Part shown: in pieces, positions 56,758 through 64,000 of the stretch | How positions within the stretch are numbered: the stretch's first letter is position 1 | Layout: each line of letters starts with the position of its first letter | Assembly: GCA_013178125.1 (NCBI GenBank) | Contig: JABLXJ010000013.1 | Coordinates: 7,751-71,750, forward strand | Length of the DNA: 64,000 nucleotides | Source: Bacillota bacterium | GTDB taxonomy: Bacteria; Bacillota; SHA-98; Ch115; JABLXJ01 | Reading direction: 5' to 3' | Made by a program: the position numbers and the translations under genes | The notes under the pieces: generated by a model | The model's input: only the letters and a program-made list of their open reading frames with translations | Database searches by the model: none | What the model was told of the DNA's origin: nothing

Positions 56758-57219
56758 TTGGACGAATCGATGGCGACACGGCGTTCAGCACATACCATGG
56801 CGGAGGAGATACTGAGTCAGACCCTTGACCGGCTTTCGCTGGGATATTATGAGGAAGCACGCGTTCTTGCGGAACGACTTCCGAATGAAGGCAAAGCGCG
56901 TTTTGTTCGTCAGGCGGCTGAAGCTCTCTATCTTCGGAATGAATTTGGCTATAGGAGTGCAGCCCGAATATTCCGGCGCTTTTACGAGACGGCTCAGATA
57001 TTCTCGAATGATAGAGAGGTTGGGAATCTAGCTAGGACTACTGCCCGGCTTGCGAGCTCAGCTAGCAAGATTGGAGACCTCATAGATCTTTTCCATAAAG
57101 CCCAACAGGCTAAAGCGGAAGCCATATGCCATGCTTTGGATCCGATGATGAATACGCCCTTTGCTAAGGAGTTGCTTCCTCGCACTTGCAGCATCTCGTT
57201 TTTCCCATCAAAAAGCTAA
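56758..57219 (+). CDS. Hypothetical protein (helical, no family recognised)
   Basis: A 153-aa ORF between gene debris and an IS3 copy. Coding status is uncertain. Confidence 0.35.
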   Translation: MDESMATRRSAHTMAEEILSQTLDRLSLGYYEEARVLAERLPNEGKARFVRQAAEALYLRNEFGYRSAARIFRRFYETAQIFSNDREVGNLARTTARLASSASKIGDLIDLFHKAQQAKAEAICHALDPMMNTPFAKELLPRTCSISFFPSKS

Positions 57220-57385
57220 GCAACGAAGAAGTGGCAGATGAGCTGTTGCGCGCAAGGTCGAATTTTTTCCAAACACGCCGGATTCTCATGCGTGAAAAAC
57301 GTTCGGGCCAAAAGGCCCTATGGGCCTACCCCGTTTTCGTGGACACCTAGGAGCTTGTGAGGTAAACTAGGAAAGGGGTGTCCAT

Positions 57386-57682
57386 ATGCCAAAGACGAAG
57401 CCACCATATCCACCACAGTTTAGAGCCGAGGCAGTACGCCTGGTACGCGAGAGAGGGAAACCCATGGCGCAGATCGCCGGCGACCTAGGGGTGTCAGTAA
57501 AATCGCTGCGCAAATGGACCAGACAGGCTCAGATTGATGCTGGAGAGCGTGAAGGGCTAACGACTGCCGAGCGGGAAGAGCTCAGCCGTCTCAGGCGAGA
57601 GAACCGGATTCTACGCGAGGAGCGTGAAATCCTAAAAAAAGCCGCGGCCTTCTTTGCCAAGGAGACCGGCCGGAACCGGTAG
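57386..57682 (+). CDS. IS3-family transposase OrfA (HTH)
   Basis: MPKTKPPYPPQFRAEAVRLV..., a leucine-zipper-like C-terminus, and the frameshift heptamer inside the ILKKAAAFF region. Confidence 0.85.
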   Translation: MPKTKPPYPPQFRAEAVRLVRERGKPMAQIAGDLGVSVKSLRKWTRQAQIDAGEREGLTTAEREELSRLRRENRILREEREILKKAAAFFAKETGRNR

Positions 57683-58527
57683 CGGCGTTCCGGTTCGTCG
57701 AGCGTGAGAAGGCCTGTCACAATGTGACCATACTATGCTGGGTACTGGGCGTCTCCACCAGCGGCTACTATGCGTGGCGTAAAAGAGGCCCGTCGGGTCG
57801 TGCACGGCAAGACGCTGAGCTTATAGAACACATCATACGGATTCACGAGGATAGCCGGGGCACTTACGGGGCCCCGGGGATCCATGCGGAGCTTACCATG
57901 GGGATGGGGATCCACTGCTCGAGAAAACGGGTGGCACGCCTGATGCGTGAGGCAGGTCTCATAGGCGTCGTCGGCTTCGGGGTATGACACGCCGCAATCC
58001 GGCTCAGGAACCTGCGCCGGACTTGGTAGAGCGGCAATTTACACCGGAGGCTCCCAACCGTCTGTGGGTGGCTGATATGACAGAACACGCTACGTGTGAG
58101 GGCAAGCTGTACCTGGCAGTCGTAACCGAGGCATTTTCGCGGATGGTCGTAGGTTGGTCAATGGGAGACCGCCCGGTCGCGGATCTGGCGGTCGATGCGG
58201 TGAATATGGCCGTCTGGAACCGTAGACCCGAGCCTGGGGTAATTCACCACTCAGATCACGGGCACAGTATACTGCCATAGCATTCGGTCGCACTCTCAAA
58301 GAGGCGGGTATCCTCGGCTCGATGGGTACGGTTGGTGACGCCTTAGATAACGCGGTGGCTGAGAGCTTCTTTGCCACACTCGAAACAGAACTACTCGACC
58401 GATACAACTGGTCCAGTCGCCAGGCGCTAGCCTCGGCCATCTTCGAATACATCGAGGGCTTCTATAACCGCAGGCGCCGTCACTCGACGCTCGGATACTT
58501 AGTTTCCATTGAAAAATGGACCTCACA
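57640..58527 (+). pseudogene. IS3-family transposase OrfB, broken by at least two extra frameshifts
   Basis: The -1 frame after A7G reads ...FRFVEREKACHNVTILCWVLGVSTSGYYAW. The integrase core is split over three frames (57724-57987, 57984-58280, 58322-58527). Confidence 0.75.
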
Positions 58528-58610
58528 AATATGCATGGCGACAGGCATTTACTCTCCCACAAATGCCCCATTTGATGGTATGATAGAGCTATGCAGAGAA
58601 GGGGAGAGTA

Positions 58611-58970
58611 ATGCTGAGATCTGAGAATAAAATCGCCTATCAACTGAGCCTGGTGGACCAATGGCTGCCTAAATCATACTTCTCTCTCCCGGAAGAACTC
58701 CGAAAGGTGGATGAGCTACTCTCTGATGAGAGGTTCATTGAGCCTTTAAAAAAGCACTTCTCCACCACCTGCGGTAGGCCCGGTACCCCCGTAGTTGTAT
58801 ACCTTCGCATGATGTATCTTATGAACAGCTTTGAAAGGAAGTTGCCGATAGCATCACCTGGCGCAGGTTTTGCCATATCCAGCTCGAAGATGATGTACCC
58901 GACTCCACCCTGGCCAAACTCACTAAAAAGTTCTTACCGCGCAAACCTCAGGGATGAGTCTGTCAGTTAA
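58611..58970 (+). pseudogene. N-terminal fragment of an IS5/IS1182-type transposase (DUF772-like)
   Basis: ...LPEELRKVDELLSDERFIEPLKKHFSTTCGRPGTPVVVYLRMMYL... then loss of frame. A shifted frame continues ...DDVPDSTLAKLTKKF.... Confidence 0.5.
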
Positions 58971-59155
58971 GCCGCTGCCTGATCGCACCAATATCTATTC
59001 CATTCCCCGTTATACCATAGGGTGATAAGTGCGCATAGCGCGTCGAAACCATCTCTCGACCAGCTCATTCCCGCTGATTTCTGTCGCCTCGTTACCCCAA
59101 AAAGGTCTATGTCCCGGTCGTATTCCTGCTCCGATACTCAGAATTATTGACAAGA

Positions 59156-59187
59156 ACACAAAAAACCCGGCCCTCGAAAGGGCCGGG
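59156..59187 (-). terminator. Rho-independent terminator for the minus-strand ORF 59262-59630
   Basis: On the minus strand: CCCGGCCCT-TTCG-AGGGCCGGG followed by TTTTTGTGTT. Confidence 0.65.
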
Positions 59188-59261
59188 CGATAAATCAATA
59201 TTCAAATCGCACCTGTGGGATATGGCCAATAGCGTCCTTCAACGCTTGTTCCCTTGCCGAA

Positions 59262-59630
59262 TCATTTAGCTTCCCCGGATCCTCTTTGGGAAGCCTCTCC
59301 GCAGGCAGGGATAGTTTTATACCGACCGCAAATGGATTCATCCTGATACTGGCTTTGAGTCGGGCTCTTGAGTCCCTGTATGCTCGAAAAACCTATACGG
59401 TTCAAGATCGCCACAACTACATCCACCACCGCCCCCAGGATGAAGTCCTGATACTTCTGCACCCATTCAAGTAGCGTGAAACCGAGCTTGGCGAGCTCGT
59501 CTTTGACTCGGTCCACCACCAGTTTCTTTTTCTCCTCCCCGGGCTTGCCTGTGTCCTCGGTCAAGACCGTGAACGGTATCGCGATTCGAAGACGATATAG
59601 ATATTGATTCAGGATCTTCAAGATGCTCAT
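59262..59630 (-). CDS. Hypothetical protein (weak resemblance to small phage holin-like proteins)
   Basis: A 122-aa ORF with its own terminator. It has a Lys-rich segment and a hydrophobic segment FILGAVVDVVVAILNRIGF. No confident family. Confidence 0.4.
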   Translation of the reverse strand: MSILKILNQYLYRLRIAIPFTVLTEDTGKPGEEKKKLVVDRVKDELAKLGFTLLEWVQKYQDFILGAVVDVVVAILNRIGFSSIQGLKSPTQSQYQDESICGRYKTIPACGEASQRGSGEAK

Positions 59631-60006
59631 AAATCGGAGCTACTTTTCAAATAGTTCATTAAGCAATGGCCTTCGACGCCTCACCCTGAGTTACTGAGGC
59701 CGCCGGTTCTCCAGCTGCTGTCCAAATCATTCACACAATGGTACAGCTCAATGCCTTCAAACCCGCAGGGCTTCGTTGTATTCACGATATGCCATGCCAG
59801 TTAGTGGTAATAACCGACGGTCTCAGTACTAGTTTTGAACTCATATTCAATAGTACTAACGATAAAACAAAATTTCTTAAAATAGGCTACCTCAAAGCAG
59901 GAAAACAGGACTAAATGTTGAATATAGATAATGCATAAACAAGCAATATATTGCATATGTTTTATGAAACAAACATATGCAACCGGAATGGTGGGAAGAT
60001 ACGTAA

Positions 60007-60996
60007 GTGGCAACCATTCGTGACGTAGCGCAATTGGCGAATGTATCACCGTCGACGGTTTCACACACTTTAAACGAGACGGCTCCTATTAGCGAGGAAA
60101 CCAAGCAACGGGTGCTACAATGTGTTGATCAACTTGGATATGTATCTCGTCGGAAACCTAGACGAGGAGCCAAAACAAGATTCATTGCGGTTATTACCGA
60201 TGATATTGCAGCGCCATTTGTGCCTAGTATGATCAAAGGAATCCAACATCACGCTTGCCGTAACGGGTATGAAATAGTCGTGAGGCAGGCCCCGCTAAAC
60301 AACATGGCGAGCGTACTAGATCTTAACCTGAAGGGATTAGTTGGGGTAATTATAGCCACCTCCTTAACCCCTAATCTAAGGGGAATAGATACTGGACGTC
60401 TACCAACCGTTTTGTGCCATTGTCGTTCTGAGAATCTACCGTTTATGTCAGTAATGCCTGACGACTTCCGGGGTGGGTATACAGCTACTTTGCATCTGTT
60501 AGAAAATGGTTGGTCGCCGATTGTTCATATCGGCGGGCCTCTTACGTGGACAGCAGGCAGGGAACGCAAAAAAGGTTATCTTTACGCACTAAAACAACAT
60601 GGGCTATCAGAGAACGAGGAGTTGATAAGGCATTCTGATGATTGGGAATTGTCCTCCGGGTACAAATTGATACTTGATATCCTCAAGCGGGTACGTCCCC
60701 CGTTTGGCCTATTCTGTGCCAATGACCTGTTTGCGGTCGGTGCTATTCAAGCCTTGAGAGAGCAGGGATTCGATGTGCCGGGGGATGTTGGCGTGGTAGG
60801 CTTTGATAATCGAGAAATATGTGAATACGTTATTCCCAAACTCACTTCCCTGCAATTACCCGCCTATTATATGGGGGAAGCAGCGGCTGGTGCGTTACTA
60901 GACATGGTTACGAAGGAAAAGAGGTGGCAGGCGACAACATCCATTGAATGCCCGTTGATCGTGCGCGATTCCTCCATCCCGCGTAGTTTAAGCTAG
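60007..60996 (+). CDS. LacI-family transcriptional regulator
   Basis: GTG start. HTH MATIRDVAQLANVSPSTVSHTLN plus a periplasmic-binding-protein-like sugar-binding domain. Confidence 0.9.
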   Translation: MATIRDVAQLANVSPSTVSHTLNETAPISEETKQRVLQCVDQLGYVSRRKPRRGAKTRFIAVITDDIAAPFVPSMIKGIQHHACRNGYEIVVRQAPLNNMASVLDLNLKGLVGVIIATSLTPNLRGIDTGRLPTVLCHCRSENLPFMSVMPDDFRGGYTATLHLLENGWSPIVHIGGPLTWTAGRERKKGYLYALKQHGLSENEELIRHSDDWELSSGYKLILDILKRVRPPFGLFCANDLFAVGAIQALREQGFDVPGDVGVVGFDNREICEYVIPKLTSLQLPAYYMGEAAAGALLDMVTKEKRWQATTSIECPLIVRDSSIPRSLS

Positions 60997-61151
60997 AGGC
61001 TACGTTTAGTTCCTCTGCTGGAATTTAGCCTCTCATACAATGAGACGTTATCTGCAGACACAATCTTACCTCGAGGGTAACTGCCCTGAGAATTTGCCAA
61101 GAACGATTGCATCATTTTTGCCGCAAACGCCAAAGGGAAGGGGTAGTTGAA

Positions 61152-62843
61152 ATGAGCTATAGCAGTGAGCAGCATCTCCCCGCTTTCAATATAAAGCGGC
61201 ACGTAGAGTATGCAATGATGAACATGACAAACACGGTTGATTATGAACAACAATTCTTGCCGTTTTTCCTTTTTGATTTACTTAGCGATCCCCCCAAGCT
61301 CCAACATAGCGAGTGGGATTTCGGTTCGAGTACCGGGCGGATGGTTACCAGTTTCATCTTGGGGAGAGCTATGACTGGTACAGACGTAGGTCTAGAAGTC
61401 GAGGAGAAATTGAAGGAGAACTTAATTAGTTACTTTGGAAACGACGGCCTGAGTTATCGGAAGGAAGGACCTTTTAGTCGGCATGAGGCTTTTATGCATG
61501 ATCAACGAGCGGTCATCATGGGTTTGACGGCATGGCTTGCGGAAAGTAGGGATCCGGGGATAGAGAATAAGCTGAAGAAGCTCTGTCGGGCTTTGTACGA
61601 AATCGCAGCCGAACATAAATATTATCCCTCTCCTGCTTATCGTCCGAACGGTTGGCTGCCCGTGACCTCTGCAGAACGGACCGGTTGGTGTAGCAGCCCG
61701 CAAGAGCACGAACCGGTTAAAATGCCTGTTCCCCCTGTGACGAGCGGTAGACAGATCTACCAGTTAATGAAATATTATGAGCTGACAGGTGATGAAGTGG
61801 CCTGGCTTTTAGCAGAGAATTTCGCTCATCATAGTGCGTTTGAGGACGATACTATCGGTCCAGACGGGAGCTTCAATTATAGACACCAGTATATACATTT
61901 CCATTCTGTAAGTGGCACAATGGTGGGTCTATTAGAATTCGGTTGGGTGAGCCGAGATTGGAAGTACATCGAGCGTGCAAAGCGGATGTATGATTGGGCT
62001 AAGCGGCATGGCTCCTCATTTGGCTGGTTCCCTGAAAGCCTACGTGACGAAGAAGTTTCCGAGACATGTTGTATTGTTGACATGCTAGAAGCTTCAATTC
62101 TTCTGGCCAAGATCGGCTTTACGGAATATTGGAACGACGCGGAACGATATCTACGGAACCACTTAGTAGAAGCACAACTTGTTGATACAAGCTGGATTAA
62201 GGAAAGTACCAGAGCCCGAACCCCCGAAGCAGTATTTGACAATATACCAAAACGTGCATTTGGTGCGTTCGCTGGTTGGTCCTTGCCTAATGACTTTATA
62301 TCTAGGAAGTACCACAATTGGGATATCATGAACTGCTGTACCTATCACGCAATTAACGGGTTGTACCATGCGTGGCGTGACGCTATAGTCACTACAGGTT
62401 CCACGACGCATATCAATCTGTTAATCGATCGACACACAAAAGTTATAAACGTTAGGAGTTGGCTCCCCTATCAGGGTGGGCTCGAAATCGATTTACATAA
62501 AGATACAGTATTATATGTCCGGCTCCCTGAGGGGGTATCACCCAAAGATATTAGATGTCACATTGATGGGTATGACACTTCTCCTACGGTGTTAGGCAAT
62601 TACTTGCGGTTGGGTCGTTTATGTTCTGGACAACACTGCCTTATCGAATTCCCTCTTGCAATTCGTCAGGAAACGGAAAGGGTATATGGCAATGATTATA
62701 TAGTTAAATGGAAGGGTAATACAGTCGTAGGCATTTCTCCGGTTGGCACTGTCGTTCCCCTATATCAGCGTGAACGGTTTATGAAGGATTCACAACCTAC
62801 GGAGGTTGTGAATCCTGAGCCACTAGAATCCACCATCTTCTAA
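61152..62843 (+). CDS. Putative glycoside hydrolase, GH127/DUF1680-like (six-hairpin) - tentative
   Basis: EVSETCCIVDMLE and, about 90 aa downstream, NCCTYHAINGL. This recalls the E-x-C ... C-C Zn/nucleophile arrangement of GH127 beta-L-arabinofuranosidases. Flanked by a LacI regulator and an SBP. Confidence 0.45.
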   Translation: MSYSSEQHLPAFNIKRHVEYAMMNMTNTVDYEQQFLPFFLFDLLSDPPKLQHSEWDFGSSTGRMVTSFILGRAMTGTDVGLEVEEKLKENLISYFGNDGLSYRKEGPFSRHEAFMHDQRAVIMGLTAWLAESRDPGIENKLKKLCRALYEIAAEHKYYPSPAYRPNGWLPVTSAERTGWCSSPQEHEPVKMPVPPVTSGRQIYQLMKYYELTGDEVAWLLAENFAHHSAFEDDTIGPDGSFNYRHQYIHFHSVSGTMVGLLEFGWVSRDWKYIERAKRMYDWAKRHGSSFGWFPESLRDEEVSETCCIVDMLEASILLAKIGFTEYWNDAERYLRNHLVEAQLVDTSWIKESTRARTPEAVFDNIPKRAFGAFAGWSLPNDFISRKYHNWDIMNCCTYHAINGLYHAWRDAIVTTGSTTHINLLIDRHTKVINVRSWLPYQGGLEIDLHKDTVLYVRLPEGVSPKDIRCHIDGYDTSPTVLGNYLRLGRLCSGQHCLIEFPLAIRQETERVYGNDYIVKWKGNTVVGISPVGTVVPLYQRERFMKDSQPTEVVNPEPLESTIF

Positions 62844-63011
62844 GCAAGACGTGACTATAAAGGAGGATCCTCACAATATGTTAGGTTTAAAAGTAGATTG
62901 AGGATTTTCCGAACAAGTTCAACGGATCAAAGGAGGTGAAGTTATCCTTCGCGTTCCAGTGGCTCAGGACCATGACCCTACCCAGGTATATTGAAAGGAG
63001 AGAAAACGCCG

Positions 63012-64000
63012 ATGTCAAAGAAGAATATTTATATCGTGTTGTTGGTGCTTGTTTTAACCTTTTTAGTAATCCAAGCCAGTCAAGCGGGATCTAAAATTAT
63101 TATGTATTCACCCGAGGGTAGAGGAACGCCTCTGGGCGATGCTGTCTACCAGGTTACACAAGACTTCGCTAAGTCGGCGGGTGTAGACGTAAGTTATGAG
63201 GTCATCGGGTGGAGCGAGCTAAAAAATAAGCTAACCATTGGTTACATGGGAGGAGCGGTGCCGGATGTCTCCCTAATCTTACCGGAATGGCTATACGATC
63301 TAAATAACGTAGGTATGCTGCAACCTATTACAAAAGAGGTCAACAGCTGGGATGAAAAGAACGCATTTCCTGACGCTCTCTGGCATGGTATTACCATAGA
63401 TGGCGAAATAGTTGCTTTCCCGTACATGATTAACCCACGCGGTCTAATCTACAGGAAGGACCTCTATACCAAAGCTGGCATTAGTGCCCCTCCGAAGCGG
63501 TGGGAAGATCTATATAAGATCGGAGCAAAGCTCAATAGTGATGTTAATGGTGACGGTCGTTATGAGATCTATGGGTTTGGATATTGTGGGGCGAAGGATC
63601 CGCGTACTCCACAAGAGTTCATCCCATATCTATGGCAGACCGGTGGAGAGCTTGTCAAACGAGTGAACGGGAAGTGGCAGGTTGGATTCACCGCTAAACA
63701 AGCGGCGAAGGTATTTCAATTCTATTATGACTTAATGTTTACGCATAAGGTAGTGCCCCAAGAAGCCCGAGAGTGGGGTTATCAGCAAATGGATATGGCT
63801 TATGCCTCCGGCAAAATCGCCATGTCTGTAAATGGCCCGTGGATGTATCACTAAATTTCAGAGTCACCAGAGATTATTAAGAATACCGGCATTACGGCTC
63901 CGCCTTACAGCGATAAACTTGTTACGTACAACGAAATCTTGTCGCTGGTTATTCCTAAAGGGGCCAGTAATAGAAAAATGGGTTTTGAACTTGTAAAAGC
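63012..64000 (+). pseudogene. ABC transporter solute-binding protein gene interrupted by an in-frame TAA (partial at the window edge)
   Basis: Signal peptide MSKKNIYIVLLVLVLTFLVIQASQA. The frame reads ...NGPWMYH-TAA(63852-63854)-ISESPEIIKNTGITAPPYSD... and stays open in the same frame to the window end. Confidence 0.6.

Larger units (their letters stand above)
57356..58527 (+). mobile_element. IS3-family insertion sequence (about 1.17 kb), transposase decayed
   Basis: Ends are TGTGAGGT (57356-57363) and ACCTCACA (58520-58527), i.e. TG...CA inverted repeats. It has orfA, an A7G slippery site at 57634-57641, and an orfB with DDE-region motifs. Confidence 0.75.

Overview
This 64-kb window looks like a chromosomal segment from a moderately GC-rich, endospore-forming Firmicute, judging by sleB-ypeB, a ylbF-family gene, a YycJ-like MBL hydrolase with rlmH, and ldh. 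All calls come from reading the ORF translations and the DNA by eye; no database search was possible.

- **1-29.4 kb: three carbohydrate loci.**
  - eda, an IclR regulator and a KDG-kinase-like gene, followed by a CUT1-type ABC importer, an enolase-superfamily dehydratase and an RraA-like aldolase.
  - A convergent module on the minus strand: IclR regulator, ABC importer, galactonate-dehydratase-like enzyme and PfkB kinase.
  - A SorC-regulated polyol-type locus: substrate-binding protein (SBP), two permeases, two MalK-like ATPases, an FGGY kinase and a Zn-dehydrogenase. It is bracketed by two gene remnants (class II aldolase, DhaK).
- **29.7-48.4 kb: mixed housekeeping and surface genes.**
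  - tatC and a DedA-PAP2 fusion.
  - An orphan Arch-ATPase/DUF234-like ATPase with a PD-(D/E)xK-like tail, followed by a phased 9 x 32-bp palindrome array and a terminator.
  - An extracytoplasmic trio: a membrane-anchored AMMECR1 protein, a thioester alpha-2-macroglobulin and a VanW protein.
  - Housekeeping and sporulation genes.
- **48.6 kb to about 59 kb: a visibly lower-GC island.** It starts at a truncated tRNA-Arg(CCG) next to a tyrosine integrase. It carries glycosyltransferase genes, IS21/IS3/IS5-type debris, an OLD-family ATPase-Toprim nuclease and, divergently, a complete retron: candidate msr-msd, an ATGA-coupled effector ORF and a retron-type RT.
- **59.7-64 kb:** a LacI regulator, a GH127-like protein and an SBP gene with an in-frame stop.

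The strongest leads are:
- The retron and OLD nuclease as a defence island.
- Two unrelated arrays of 19-bp palindromes that share a 32-bp phase and diverge almost only by transitions.
- In-frame low-complexity hexanucleotide repeats inserted into otherwise conserved proteins.
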